From the NCBI RefSeq assembly GCF_009914755.1, contig NC_060926.1: a DNA stretch of 64,000 nt; one strand, given 5' to 3'. This stretch comes from the human T2T-CHM13v2.0 reference genome, Homo sapiens. Made by a program: the position numbers and the translations under genes. This document shows positions 1 through 14,640 of this stretch, piece after piece (position 1 is the first letter of the stretch; the number at the start of each line of letters is the position of its first letter). Under the pieces are notes generated by a model, which ran no database searches, was not told the DNA's origin, and saw only the letters and a program-made list of their open reading frames with translations.

Positions 1-921
1 TATTCTTAACAAGATTTTTGTACACATTTATCTAAATGACAGGGTAGATGTTAAATGGTCAGGCATTTATTAAACATCATCTACCCAGCCTCAACTTGGG
101 TGTTAACTTTTATTTCTGAAAGTCAAGATGGCATTGGGTTGCTCAGACACATAGCCAATTCTGCCTAAAGATTGGCATGCAAAAGGCTTCAACTGCAGGG
201 AAGGTTTAGCAAAGAAAGAAAGCTTTCATCCTGAAGGAGAAACAGGATTGATTAGTAGTAGCTACTTGGAGCACTGTGTTGAAAAGGATTATAAAGTAGT
301 ATTTGAGCCCAGCATAAAAGAGTGCAGCACTTGATTAATCATGTCTGGTGTGGACATAGAAAGGAAGCATTGTAGCATACTTGCCATTCCTGTCCTAGTT
401 CATAGCTTTTGATCTTGTTCCTTATAAACAACTCTTCACCTTTTAATTATTTCTTATAAATGTATCTCTATTTATTTTCAACTTCCACTCATGCTTGAAT
501 CCCTGAATTAGTTTTCTGTCAGATCTTTTCTTTGCTGGCCACTTTTTTGTTTTCGGGTCAGTATCTGAGTTCCTTTTCTGTGTTCAGAGAATTCCTCATG
601 TTATGAATCTCTGTATAAGAAGCTTAAATGGCCAAAACACTTGTTTTCAAAGAATACTTTCCTCCCGACCGCTACCTCCTGTACTCTTGCAACTAGTTGA
701 GGACGTATGACCCAGAGTTCTGGTCTCTGTTTCACCCAGATGAAAATCAGGTCTGCCTAACATTTTGAATCAAAACCTATTGTCACAAAGACACAGGGTG
801 TCTTAACATTTCTGAATTTTGCCTATTTTGTGAACTGACAGGTCAATCTTTCTGCTTAAATCAGCTAGAATTAGTTTCTAATGCTTGAGACTAAGAATTT
901 GACAATAGGTCTTCTAGGGAG

Positions 922-1086
922 GCATTCCTCAAACTTTATACTGTGGAATAATCACCTAGACATCTTACTAAAATGCAGATTCTGGTTAAAAGCAGGTCTG
1001 GATGGGGCCTTGGTTTTGCATTTCTAATAAGCTCCCAGGAAATGGCAGTGGTACTGGTCAGTGGCCCACACTTCTAGTAGAAAGGA
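922..1086. mobile_element. MER5-family hAT-Charlie MITE
   Basis: ctcaaacttt...aatcacct...aaaatgcagattctg...tgcatttctaataagctcccagg motifs. Confidence 0.75.
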
Positions 1087-1644
1087 TCTAAATAAGGGAA
1101 GGCAGAGTTTGTAGGAAAATAAAAAGTCTATTTCCAGGTTAAATTAGGGCAGGCCAACTACGTAGCTAATAAACTTCAAAATGTACAAAGGCTCCGAACA
1201 GCAGAATTACATTTCTTAATAATGCACAATACTGGGTCAGTAACAGAACACTAGGCAGTTTTCCTTCATGTATGCAAGGGCCTAATTTAATTGGGAGGCA
1301 GGGAATGTCTTTTATCTTCAACTCAAAGCACCTCTATCTTTGGCCATGGGAGCCTCCTGTTATTCTGGCTTGCCCCTGGGAGTCTTTGATAGTTCTTTGC
1401 TACCTGGCATGACAAGATATTTCAAGCTTATTTGTACACTCCTGGCCTCAGGGTGCCTGGAGTCAGCCCTTTCTCCATGAAGCTCTGTTTTTTTTGTTTT
1501 TTTCTTTTTTTGTAGTGTAAAATTGTTTTTCAAGTTGTTCATCACTACTAGGCTAGCCATTATTTTCAGTCTTTTTCATTAGACAGAACTGAGAAAGTGT
1601 TTGCAAGTATGCATATGTTTTCAATTTAAAATCTCATGTTTTCA

Positions 1645-2463
1645 AACGTTGGCAAGGATATGGAGAAAGGAAAGCTTTGAACGTTGTTTGTGGGAATGTA
1701 AATTAGTACAATCATAGAAAACAGTATGGAGGTGCCTCAAAAAATTAAAACTAGAACTTCTGGGTAGAATCTGATGGAAATAAATCAATATCTCAGAGAT
1801 ATCTGCACCCCTATGTTTATTGCAGCATTATTTACGATAGCCAAGACATGGAATCAACCAAGTATCCACTGACAGATAAATGGATTAAAAAATGTGATAG
1901 GCAGATAAATAGATATATACACAATGGAATATTATTAACCATATAAAAATAGAAATATTTTATATGTGACAACATGGATGGACTTGGAGGGCACTGTGCT
2001 TAGTGAAATAAGCCAGACAGAGAAAGACAAATACTGTATGGCATCACTTATATATGGAACCTAAAAACAAACAAACAAACAAGAGGTGGAACTCACAGAA
2101 ACAAAAAGTAAGCCAGTGGTTGCTAGGGGCTGGAGGTGGGGGTGGTGAAACGGGAAATGCTGGTCAAAGGGTACAAACTTTAAGTTATACAGTGAATAAG
2201 CTATGAGAATCTAATATACACCATGATGACTAGCAAAAATGCTGTGCTGTATGCTTGAAATTTGCTAAGAGAGTAGATCTTAAGTGTTCTCACCAATAAA
2301 GAAAAAAAAAGGTAGCTATATGAGGTAATGTATATGTTAACTCAATTGTGGTAATCATTTCACAATATATATGTTTATAAAAAATGTATGTTTATCAAAT
2401 CATCATGTTATACACTTTAAATATATACAATTTTATTTGTCAATTATACCTCAAGAAAGCTGA
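1645..2463 (+). mobile_element. L1 3' end (L1MA9/L1MB-like)
   Basis: ORF2 C-terminal motifs (tgggaatgtaaattagtaca, atgtttattgcagcatta) and 3'UTR gctaagagagtagatcttaagtgttctcacca...caattatacctcaa. Confidence 0.88.
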
Positions 2464-2859
2464 ATCAAATCCGATGTGTTTCTACTGACATTTCTACTTC
2501 AGATCTAACACTGGAGAATTTTTCTTTAACTGCTTTCTTCCCCACCAACACTCCTGGTTAGCAAGGACATAGGAAATGATGAATTAAAATTTCATAGTTA
2601 ATCATTTGCTTTCTTCTACCTTTAAACGCAATAATATTGGAATAATAATATTCATACTTCCCCTATAATTAAAATTACATAAAATACTTAAAATATTTTG
2701 GTGTTTTCTATTCCCTTTCTCATCCCCTTTTCACAATGTTGTAATATGTCTTTATTGTCAGAGTATATAAACATTTATACTATATTCTATCACTTTTTAA
2801 GTTAATATTTTCCTAGATATTTTAATTCTTAAAATATTTTATTTCTTAAAATAACTAGA

Positions 2860-3960
2860 TAGGAAAAGGTCATGAGAACAATATTCTGAGTTCTTGCATT
2901 TTTATCAGATTTTGTATGTCTTATACCCTTGAAAGTCAGTTTTGCTGGTTATAAAATTCTCAGTTTACATTCTCTTTCCTTGAGTATCTTAAAGACAATA
3001 TTTTCCTTTGGCATAAATCTTTACTATTAAAAAGTCTGGTGATAATCTATTTTTTCCTGTATAAATCATATGCTATATTTGCTGAAATGCAGTTTTTTCC
3101 CCCTCGTTTTTCTTTAGAATTCAGTCATTTTACTGGAAAATACCTTGGTTGATAATTACGGGTCAGTCTTCTCAGGTACATGATACATTATTTCAGATTG
3201 TAGGTTATTTGTTTAATTTTAAATTTTTAATTTTTCATTAACATATATATGTTTGTGGAGTACAATATGATATTTTAATATATGTATATATTATGAATGA
3301 TTAAATTAAGATAACATATTAATCATCTTATATACTTTTTTTTTGGTGAGAATATTAAAAACCCACCTTATCAGCAATTTAAAAATATACAGTATTAGAA
3401 TATAGTTTTAATACATACATATATTCTGGAAAGTTTTCATTGATTACAATTTTTGGTATTCATTCTGTTTTCTTGTTTTGATTTTCTTTATTCATGGACC
3501 CCCTGGTAGCCCTGTATTGACTTTTCTTTGCCTATCTTCAATATTTGTCACATTTTCTAAAATGGTTTTTAAGTTCTTTAAAAAATATTTTTTGGATTTG
3601 AAACTTTTCTTATTTTATTTGTCTTATGGCATTTGATGTGGTGTTTATTCATTCTTAGTCTTTTTCAAATGATTTTCTTTTATTTATAATTCTTTCTTGA
3701 GTTTCATGACCTAATTCTTTAGTTTTTCTTATTCTAATTTATCATGTTCTTCCATATTTTATATTATTTTTATGATGTTTTTAATTTATTTGAAATGGTA
3801 GGTTGCAGTTTTAATCTATTTTATAAGCATATCTTTCTGGCATGCTTTCAGTGTGCCTAGGGATGATGGTATTATGTTTCTTAATCTAATTTTTCTTATA
3901 ACTTTGGATGAGATTTGGCCTTGATAATTTTAAGTTGCTCATTTTTGTGCACATTATCTT
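2860..3960 (-). mobile_element. Old, degraded L1M fragment, with a younger L1MA 3' piece at about 3240-3400
   Basis: T-rich antisense L1 motifs such as ttgaaagtcagttttgctggttataaaattct. Confidence 0.6.
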
Positions 3961-4265
3961 CCTGAAGGCTTAGAAAGAGGCTTGATGCAGACAGCTTTTC
4001 AAGCTTCCCAGAGCTCTCACTTCTGTTATTTTTGTGTGGTATTAACAAATATGTTTGTCTAATTGTTGAGATAACCTGAATCTTCTTATCTCCCCTACTT
4101 TATCTCAACCTTCTCTTCCTTTTGTCTCTGTTGTCCCTGTCAAGTTCAATTTTGATTCCACTCTAAATATCTTTTCCTCCATTGTGGGCCTGTTCTGGAA
4201 GAGAGCCACGGCAGGTCAATTTCAAGTGTTCACTGTAGGATCTCCTTCAGACCTTCTTACCCTAG

Positions 4266-4455
4266 GCGCTGCCATTTGTTAACTTATGACTGCAGACAAA
4301 TTATTTAACTTTTTAAAGTCCCAGCTTCTTCATTTGAAGAACTAGTATAAGAATCATTCCTATCTAATAGTGTGTAATAGGAATGAAATGATGTAATATG
4401 CAAAGATTTTAGCTCAGTAAATGACACATTATACATGAGCTCACTAATAACCAAC
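4266..4455 (+). mobile_element. MIR SINE
   Basis: Degenerate core (tgactgcagacaaattatttaac...cagctttcttcatttg) and 3' end aaatgatgtaatatgcaaag...gctcactaa. Confidence 0.65.
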
Positions 4456-5505
4456 ATTATCCCAGGCAGTAATTTAATACACTTTGTCAAATGAGTATGT
4501 GGGAGATGTCAACTTTACATAGACTTTATTACATTTTATAAGGTAAAATGTCAGACACAATTCAGAGTTAAACCAAACTAAGTTATACATACTTTCATTG
4601 CATACGTTATAGTAATTCGTGCAAAAAGGAATTGAGATTTGTTCTTAATTTTCCTTGTTCTGACCAATAACGAACGTGTGGGTGTCATCCTATCAAGAGA
4701 TTCACTTGAATGCTCCTGGATAGGTATATTTGTTTGGAAAACATGCAGAGTGTTTATCATCTTCTCTTCTGTTTATTTTTATGTATATCCCATATACATT
4801 CAGATAATTATGAACAAAACAGCACCAAGGTAATTTTTCAGGGACAGTTTCATTTTATTTTCAAGCAGCTGCCCTGTTTTCTATTTTAACAATGTGGGAA
4901 TGATGTATAATTATGCATTGTTAGAAGATTTGGGCTTGTTTATTCTCATTTATCTTGAAGAATAATTATAAGTATTTCTGGAACATAGCAACTATGTCAT
5001 CATAGCACCTGGGCACAAACAGTTTTGAGATTGTTAGATGTTTCATGTTTCTGCTTCTATCTAACACAAACAATGGATCTAGAATGGGCAGGAGACTGCA
5101 CAGTGGCCAAGTTTCACGGTTGGCTTCAAAGTTTAGATCTTTATCTAAAGTTCTCCCGACTTGTTGGTTGATGCCTAGATTTTTCCTTTTCAAAGAGCCT
5201 GAATTCTTCAACTGTGTCATGATTCAAAACATCCAGAAGGTTCGGGTCAATGAAGGATGAGAGAAGGCCTTTGATGGGAGAGGACCCATAGTGTGTATTG
5301 AGCAACAGGCCATTATGTAACTTTCAAGTTGACATATAATATGTTTAATTCACATGCTTCCATCAGTCATTGGTTTTCCTTTAATAATGTAAGCACTGGG
5401 AAAATTTTAAAAAGAAAATAGGAATATTATCTCCATGGGTAATGAGAGCTCAAAAACAGTTTAGAAAAAAAATGGGCAATTATACTATTTCTTAATTGTA
5501 TGTCA

Positions 5506-5530
5506 TTTTTTGTTTTTGTTTCAACTGTAG
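5506..5530 (+). other. CTNNA2: 3' splice acceptor (polypyrimidine tract + AG)
   Basis: T-rich tract ending tcaactgtAG at 5529-5530, directly before the exon. Confidence 0.95.
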
Positions 5531-5683
5531 CTTCGGAAAGCAGTGATGGATCACATATCTGACTCTTTCCTGGAAACCAATGTTCCTTTGCTAGTTCTCA
5601 TTGAGGCTGCAAAGAGCGGAAATGAAAAGGAAGTGAAAGAATATGCCCAAGTTTTCCGTGAGCATGCCAACAAACTGGTAGAG
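5531..5683 (+). CDS. CTNNA2: Internal coding exon of alpha-N-catenin (M-domain region, probably exon 9), 51 codons, phase 0/0
   Basis: Translates from the first base as LRKAVMDHISDSFLETNVPLLVLIEAAKSGNEKEVKEYAQVFREHANKLVE with no stop. DHIS, AKSG and KLVE match my recall of CTNNA2 rather than CTNNA1 (DHVS, AKNG, KLIE). Acceptor ttttgtttttgtttcaactgtag and donor GAG|gtaagt. Exon number is from memory. Confidence 0.97.
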
Positions 5684-5689
5684 GTAAGT
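5684..5689 (+). other. CTNNA2: 5' splice donor
   Basis: AG|GTAAGT, a perfect intronic consensus. Confidence 0.96.
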
Positions 5690-6116
5690 GTGGAGGGGCC
5701 TGAAGACTAGAGTTTACCGATGGGTTCAATCTCTGCATATGGCTCTTAGAATTTCACTAGAGAGATATTCTATTGTATTTTTGGAGAAATAAAGTCCTGG
5801 AATCATTCTTTCCTTTACTTTCTGATTACTGTACCCCCTTTCGAAGGAATCAAGCTACGAATCATCTTTCTTTTATCTGTCTCACAATTCTAAGCATGCT
5901 CTGAAACATATCTGCCATTTTTCCTGAACAACAAGCAGGAGCTGAAACAAAAGAAGTGGAAGGGAACTCTGGAGTGCTGAATACCAGTTTTGATTTGAGG
6001 GAGTAAATTAAAATTTCTGAATGGAGGCCTAGGACACTTCTCCCTTTTTTCCCACCTCAAACCCCTGTCCACTCCACCCAGTGGTGCCTAGATGCTGTCC
6101 ACACTGGGAACTTGTG

Positions 6117-6145
<29 letters not shown>
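6117..6145. repeat. A29 mononucleotide tract
   Basis: 29 consecutive A counted directly. Confidence 0.95.
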
Positions 6146-6147
<2 letters not shown>

Positions 6148-7969
6148 CACCTTCCCCAAAGAGATGTTTGAACTTTTGGTGGAAGATCTTGGGGCAGTAC
6201 TAGGGTAAGTTAAGCATTGTAAGTATATTTTATGTGTTAGAGGAATCTGTGGGAGTTGTTTTATAAATGCAAAATTTTATGGGGTAATATTGAAAAAAAA
6301 TATTGTACAAAGTAAATGACAACTAGGCTGCCTAAATTTAGGAGCTGAAAACGAACAGCCTGGCAAAGGTAGGATTAGTGATGTGGGGCTAAATACAATA
6401 GAAAATAGAGTTGTTGCACAACAAAATATGTGTGCTAGAGAACAAGAGCCCAGGAGGGATGAGGATGGATCCTGGAAAATTTAGGGAATGGTTATTAGGG
6501 CCAGGTTAAACTTTTACAGGCTCTGAGCACTTAATCCTACCACCACCACCACCACCACTGTGATGCATTCCCACTTTAATTCATAATAAAATAAAATCAC
6601 TTAAAATGACAGAAAACTTAAATGCAAGCTGAAAGGAAAATAAGTTCTTTTTTTTTTCATTTGGATGGAAAAATCAAAATCCTCAGAAAGTTCTTTAAAT
6701 GTGAAATCCTCTCTGCTTTTCCTGGAGTGGGTGATGGGGGTGGTGTTCGATTTAGTTGCATGCTAAGCACCTGCTTAGTTTGCGCCTTGGTTAATCCAGC
6801 ACTGCAGGTGCCTCGGGCTGAAGTCACCCAGCCAACAGGAAGTCCTACATCAAGCCTCTGCTTCTCTAGGATACAGGCTGAGCCATCATCCATGACAGCA
6901 GTCAGCAGGTTCTATGTGCAAAAGCCTTGGCCACAATAATGGAAGCTTTGAACTTCCTGCTGTAACCCCAATGTCTTGAGAAAATACCAGCCTAGAGCTA
7001 AAACTAGGGTAATACAATATCAAAGCAGTTTTTCTGGCTCTGTTCTCTCATATCAGGCAAGCCTTCTATCACCCTTCACATTCCACCTACATGCTCGGAG
7101 AGTTCACTTAGCTATTTAGGGATCCAGAGTCTTTCCAAGGTTGACCTTGGAAGCTCTGATCACTTTCGTATTTTGAGAAGGGGAAGGCGGAGAAGGAGGA
7201 GGATATGGGTACAGAAGGAAGGGAAGAAAGAGGAGGAGGAAAAAAAAATAATGCTGATGGGTGCTACAAAGCTTTAAATATTCACATGTAATAAAATAAT
7301 GTTAGCATATAAATATACCATCCCATCTGTATAATTACAACATTTACAAGATAACTGCAGAGTTTACTGAAAATATTCATTGATGGTGTGTTGTAGACAC
7401 TCTGGATGAAGAATGGGACATGGATTTCAAGTTGTGTGATAAACATCTACTTTCAGTCCTATTAGTGCCTTTACTTCATTTGCAGGACATATTTGAATTT
7501 CAAACTTAACATCTTGTGTAAATATGAGACTGGGGCCAAAGACCCAGCTTTTTCCACTCATTCTCCTTTCTCCTGTGACAGGCGCTGGACACATCCACCC
7601 TCTCCCCTTATTCTGTCTTTAGGTTCCATTGTAGGTAAATCTGTTCACTACATGTGATTCTTGATCCTCAACTTGTGACAAGCTGAAAGCTTAGATTACT
7701 TGCAGCTCCACATTTCAGAAAACTGCACTTTGCCTCCATCAGGTATTCCCTTCATTTCCCATGGATGGTCACTGTGGCCAGCAGCATTTTAATGTCTTGA
7801 TGCCTAGGAGATACAGGGGCTAGTGTGTGGTCTGGCCTCTGTGTGACTAGGGAGTAACTGAAATCTACAAGTTTGCATATATACAAAAAAAAAAAAAAAA
7901 ACCCAAACTTGAACCACCGAGCTGAGTGTTAGCCTTTTTCTAGTTTTGAAAAGTGTGTGGATATGGGCA

Positions 7970-9660
7970 CCTTTCTTAGTTTCTGTGTCTGTAATATGAA
8001 AAAGTCGGTTTGTATATTGATTTTATATCCATTGAACTTGATAAATTCAGTTACTAATTCTAAAATTTTGATAATTTCCTTTTGGATTTTCTATGTACAT
8101 AGTCATGTGCCTGCAAATTATGACTGTTGTATTAGTCTGTTCTCATGCTGCTAATAAAGACATATCATATGCAAGACTGGGTAATTTATAAATGAAAGAA
8201 GTTTAATTGACTCACAGTTACACATATGTGGGGAGGCCTCACAATCGTGGCGGAAGGCAAAGGAAGAGGAAAGACACATCTTACATGGCAGCAGGCAAGA
8301 GAACTTGTACAGGGGAAGTCCCCTTTATAAAACCATCAGATCTCATGAGACTTATTCACTACCAGGAGAACAGTATGGGGAAAACCACCTCCACGATTCA
8401 GTTATCTCCACCTGGCACCACCCTTGACACATGAAGATTATTACGACTCAAGGTGAGATTGAATAGGAACACAGCCAAACCATATAAGTGTATTTCTTCT
8501 TTCCCAATACTTATAGTTTGTTTTTTTTTTTTCCTTGCATTATAGTACTAGCTAGGACCTACAGTACAATATTGTGGTGATAAATATTTTTGTGATTTCT
8601 GGATCTCAGTGGGGAAATTTCAGTTCTTTCCCATTAATTATATTGCTTGCTCTATGTTTCTTTCAGATACTTTAATTAGGTCAAGCTAGTTCTAGTACCC
8701 ATTTGCCAAAATACTTTTAAAAAACTATGAATAACTATAGAATTGTATCAAATGCTTTCTCTGCAGATGTTGAGATGATTTTCTCGTCTCCTTTATTCTC
8801 TTTCAGAGGAATTGATATCAAAGTTATGCTTTCCCTTAAAAAATGAATTGAAAATTTTTTCTTCCTTCTATTTTTTGGAAGTGAATGTATAAGATGAGCC
8901 TCATTTATTTTTTAAATGTTTGGTAGAATTCACTGATAAAACAATGTGAGTGTGGAAAGGTTTAAAATCATATGACTATTTAATTTTTTTAAATTTCTTT
9001 TAAGGTCAGTTTTGTTAATTTGCCTTCTAGGAATTTGTCATTTAATTTTCTAATTTACTGGCATAAAATTGTCCATAATACATTTGTATTTTTTGTTAGA
9101 TGTATAAGGATCTGCAGTACGGTTTCTTTTTTCCCCACTCCTCATTTAGCTAATTAGTATGCTCTCTTTTTTCCTTGATTAGTTTTGCAGATAGTTTATC
9201 AATTTTAAAAATAAGCTTTCAGCTTTATAGATTTGTTTGTATTCTATTTTATTTATCTCTGCTCTCTTTATAGTTCTTTTTGGTTTTTTCCTGCTTTCTT
9301 CCAGTAAAACTTACTTCTTCTTTTCTAACTTATTGGAATGGATAATCATGTCATTAATTTCTTGCCTTTCTTATTTTAGTGCTGTACTCATTTAAGGATA
9401 TAAATTTCCCTCTAATCTATGCTTAAGTCTGGTTATTTTCTACTGCTCTAATTTTAAGTTCACTTATCCATGTGGGTCCAATATACTCAAAACTTATATA
9501 TTGAGTTCAATTTTTTTTTAAATTTCTAGTTGATTCTTTTTTAAAGGGACTCCAATTCTCTAGTAAAATTTATTATCAGGTCATCTCCTTTAAAAAAATA
9601 TTAATCACAGTTATTTCAAAAGCCTAAGTCAAAGAACTCCAATGTTTGGATCAATTTTGT
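7970..9660 (-). mobile_element. Old L1M fragment interrupted by a THE1 LTR
   Basis: Antisense L1 ORF2-type motifs (tgtatattgattttatatcc, gctaggacctacagtacaatatt, aatgtttggtagaattcact). Confidence 0.75.
8128..8487 (-). mobile_element. THE1 (ERVL-MaLR) solo LTR
   Basis: tgtattagtctgttctcatgctgctaataaagacata...acacagccaaaccatat, the reverse complement of the THE1 consensus ends. Confidence 0.92.
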
Positions 9661-9668
9661 TTTTGTTT

Positions 9669-10371
<703 letters not shown>

Positions 10372-10529
10372 GTTCACCCTTATTGTCTGACTGATGACTG
10401 GAATGTGCCATGTTTCATATTATTGAATTTAGACATGTTTAAGTGAACTATTATGGGACTCTATGAGGCTTTGAAAATGGAGACAGACTTTATTGCTTGT
10501 CTGTTTTTATTAATTTTTCTTGTGATTGT

Positions 10530-11360
10530 GTTTTTTGATATGCTGGGTGATATTGGATTGAATGGCAAACATGTGTGTGGACAGATATAGAGGGTCTGGA
10601 TAATGTGTTCTCCTTCCAGAGAGGATTCACCCTATTTTCTGTTGGGCAGCAGAGAGGCAGACCATTTCATTACAATCAAAGATCAAAGTGACTTGAACCT
10701 AGGTTGTAGCACTTCTAAAGTTTAGCTTACCCTTCTTTCACCACAGTCCTGAAGAATAATCTTCCAGGGTGGCCAACTGAGGATCAGATGTGTCACCTTA
10801 TTTGTGAAATCACAAACCCCAATTTTTGTTTTTTAACACCACGAGACTGAGTTTGCTTTGCCTTGCTTTTTGGATGGTCTCAATTTGCTTCTTGCCTGTT
10901 GCTATTTGCAACTTAACTGACTGTCAAACGCCTTGGGGAAAAACTGGGGATGAAGCTCCAAGCTCGCTTCTTTGAACCTCTCTTCTCTATGGGATCTTAA
11001 GTCCAAGTTGGCTGCCTCAGCGGGGCTGTGCTCAGCTCCATTTTCTGCCTCCTCAGCCCTATGAGATTGCTGAAAACTCCAAGGAATTCTCTTCCTCTCA
11101 GCAGCGACCTTCTTTCTGACTTCTCAGATTCTCCTTCAACACTAAGAATTAGCAAATCCCGGCGAGGGTGACTGGAGTGACAGGCGGAAGGTTAGGCTCC
11201 CCTCAATGAGCCTCTCTTTTTGATGTAGTTTAAGTTTTGACATCTTTGGCAGCTCTCCTTTGCTTTCAAGCAAATTGCTTTTATTGTGTATTTCTAGTGG
11301 TTCTCAGCAGGCAAGTGGGTCTCTTGTAGGCTACTCCGTCATGTCAAGAAGCGCAAATTC
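10530..11360 (-). mobile_element. Probable ancient L1ME 5'/ORF1-side fragment
   Basis: Degenerate similarity only (ccttccagagaggattcaccct...). Confidence 0.4.
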
Positions 11361-12499
11361 CTGAGAGGGCTCATTTAGATAAGTTTATGGTGTTTTGTTG
11401 TTGTTGTTTTTGTTGTTAGTATTTTTAGTCAGACATCTTTTTATCCAGTGGAAATTTTGCGACTTACATACCTCAAAAAAATAAATGAATAAATCAATAA
11501 AAACAGTTCTGACTGAACTGAAATAACAAGCTTGGAGGTCTACTTCCTACAATTCCCTCACTTAATGCCTCTTCTCCCCATTAAGCACAACCTTCCAATC
11601 CTTCCCAGGGCGCCTTTGATCTCTGTTTGAAAACCTCTGATGAATCTCTACATTTCCATTAATCACATAAGAATCATTCATAAATATGTGAAATAATCAA
11701 TCTATGAATCAGTGATGATGGTTTTAGTCCTTCAACATTTTTCTTGAGTTTAATGATAGTATATTCAGTTTGCTATCTATTTTATGGGTTTTTTTTCCCT
11801 TGTATTTGTGTGCCATTTTTTCCAAGTTTGACATTCATAAAAATAGAGTCTATGAAGTGATTGGGCCCTTTTACAACCTACAGAACTTGAGAACCTTAGA
11901 AAAGTCCTCAGCAAGGACAGTTTTAGTATATATAAAATATTAGTAAAATGTTCATAGGAAAAATAATATGGGTTCTCATAATTGCTTTAACAAGTGAAAT
12001 TTTGAGAAGCTTTTGTTGTTGTTGTTGTTGTTTTCTCCACAATATTTAAAACATTTAATAAAATTTGGGGAAACTTCCACTGGGGTGTGTTGATTAGAAT
12101 TTAACAGGTCAACTATGATGTAAAGTCACTATAGGAAGTATCATCTGTAGAACTAGATAAAATAATTATTAGTAATTTCCTCTCATCTTCAGAATCATGC
12201 CCTTCTAAAGATTAGCTAAGGACTTCAGGGTGGGGCCGACCCTGAGGGTATGCCGAGCTGATCCAGAAACACCTGTGGTACCTCACGTCTAAGCCTTCTG
12301 GAGAAATGGAATACAAATTATGGCAACTCAGCAGCAAAGCAGTTCGGTCAGGGCTGGGGTGGAGTGGGTGTAATTTGGGTACAAAATATGCATCGCCACA
12401 ATGAAAATAAAAGCTAATCTTGAAAATGAGATGCAAGATCAACATAGCTATTTTGGGCCTCTGAACTTGTTTTATTCCTTCCATTGCTTGCCTGCTCAG

Positions 12500-13200
12500 T
12501 CAACCTGCCTGCTTTCCCTTCTCCTCCCATCTCTACCATGCACACCTGAGTGCAAGCCACACATTCTATTGTGCAGGCAACTGCAGTGGCCTCCCCACAG
12601 GCCTCTTTTATCTGCCTGGCCCTCTACAGTCCCTTCTGCACAGAGCAGTCAGAGTGAATTTCTAATAATGCAAATAAAATCATATAATTTCCCTGCCTGA
12701 GGCCATTCAGAGACTTCCTCTTCTTATCAGGTTAAAGACCAACATTGTAAAGAAGCTTACGTGGCTTTCAGGATTTGACCTTCTCTTCAGTCTTCAGGCT
12801 CACCGTCCTGTCCCCTCCTTCCTCCACCACCCCCAACAAGGAATCAGCCACACTTGCCATCTTTTGCTTGTTAAATGTGTCATACTCCCTCCCATCCTAG
12901 ACCTATGCTTGTGTTGTTTGTTTCCTGATGCATTCCCCACTCTATCCTTTCCTCTAGTTTCTAGGCATTGTTCAGCTTTCAGCCTGAATATCATGGCCCC
13001 AGGTGGGATCAGTTCCTTACGTCTTTCACTTCATGACATCCCTTTTACTTTAGGATTGTAACCATTCAGCTCTACAACTGTATGCTAGTTCTTCTGCTTA
13101 GTTTACCAATTCCTTTAGGAAAGAGATCAGGTCTAATTGAATCCTAACTACAACCCAGCTCCTAGCCAAGCACCTAGCATATAGCAGGTATTCAAGAAAG
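12500..13200 (+). mobile_element. L2 LINE fragment
   Basis: tgcacagagcagtcagagtgaatttctaa...aaatcatataatttccctgc, ending cctagcatatagcaggtattcaa. Confidence 0.75.
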
Positions 13201-13880
13201 AGATGGTGCTTAAAAGAGAATAAAATAATAAATGTAGCCAGTGATGTTGCCAGCTTTTGGGCCCCTGAGGGAATATATTTCTATAGCACAGTTGTAGGAT
13301 CCTAAAGGTCACCTTGGAGATCAGCAGTAAAGAGGCATTGTACTTTTTTAATTGTCTAATTTATTACCAAGAAGAAATTTCAAATCTGTGAAGAACTAAT
13401 GTGAAGAAATACTATTTGTACCAAGTAGAAAACACCTGCTGTTTGCTACGAGGCTCCCTGAGTTGAATTAACTCTCTCAAGAGGCTCCCAAAGTTGTGTC
13501 CCTAACTCCACTATCATTCCTTTCCTGTCCTCTGCCTGACAAGCATGCTTTGGGTTCTCATCCTCAGCTAGTGGATGTGAGAGAGGGAGCTGGCTCTATC
13601 TGACAAAGTAAAGTACAGCACTGAAGCCATAGCAATGATGAGTTAGACAAGGGAATCTCAATTCTTTGCTTCATCTTCTTGACTTAGTTACTCCTGATAG
13701 CAGTGCCCCATGAAGGATGAGAAGCTGTATCTACTGGAAATTCAGGGCTTGGAAGTCAGAGTCAAACCCTAATACTCAGAATCACTAATGTGATCATCCA
13801 TCAGTTCAGCACCAGAGTGCCTTCCTTTCACCCTTGAGTAAATTGCTCTTCTCAATTAATCCTTCCCCTTGCACAATGCT

Positions 13881-14640
13881 GCATTCAGCAATATTTCCTG
13901 AGAGGCCCATGTGCTGATGCTGGTCTAGTTGCTGGCAACATAACCATGAACAAATCAGAGGAAGTTCCTGCTCTCATGGGACATGCATTCTCTTGGGAAA
14001 GATAAGAAAGGGAGAGGTAAGTGTATACTATGTAAGGCAGAACTATGTGCTGTAGCACAAAATTAAACAGAGTAGGATGATAAAGAATGAAGGAGGAGGG
14101 CATGTGAGGTCGGGAAAGTCTTCCCTTCTAAGATGACTATTAAATGGAGATGTGAAGGGAGTGGAAGAACATTCCAGACTGTGAAAAAAACAAGTCCAAA
14201 GACCCCAGGGCAGCAGTGTGCTTTGCAAGTTTGGTAGAAAACAAAGAGACCAGTGTGACTGGAGCCGAGAATGAGAGGAAAAATTACAGAGATTAAATTG
14301 AGAGCTGGGTATAAAGATTTTGTAGTTTACTCAGATATTGAGTTCATTGGAAGGTTTTGAACAAAGGCATGACATAATCTGACTTCCATTTTTAAAAGTT
14401 CACAGTGCTGCTTGATGGAAAATATAGAGTAATAAAAAGCAAAGAAAGAAGAATATGTCCAATGATATTGCAATAGTCCAGCAAGTGATTAGTACTATGA
14501 CTAGAAGAGAGGCAAGGTCAGTGGGAAGATGCGGCTCAATTTTCCTGTATTTTGAAGGTTGAGCTGAGATATTGGATGTTGGGATGTGTGAGACAGAGAA
14601 GAGTCTGGGATGAATCCATATTTTGATAAGCTGCAGTGAC
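13881..14640 (-). mobile_element. L2 LINE fragment
   Basis: cattcagcaatatttcctgag...atgaacaaatcagag...cctgctctcatgg; ggcatgacataatctgactt. Confidence 0.8.

Noticed and set aside
13804-13822. REST/RE1-like motif TTCAGCACC
   Set aside because: Only the left half-site is present; the GGACAG right half is missing.
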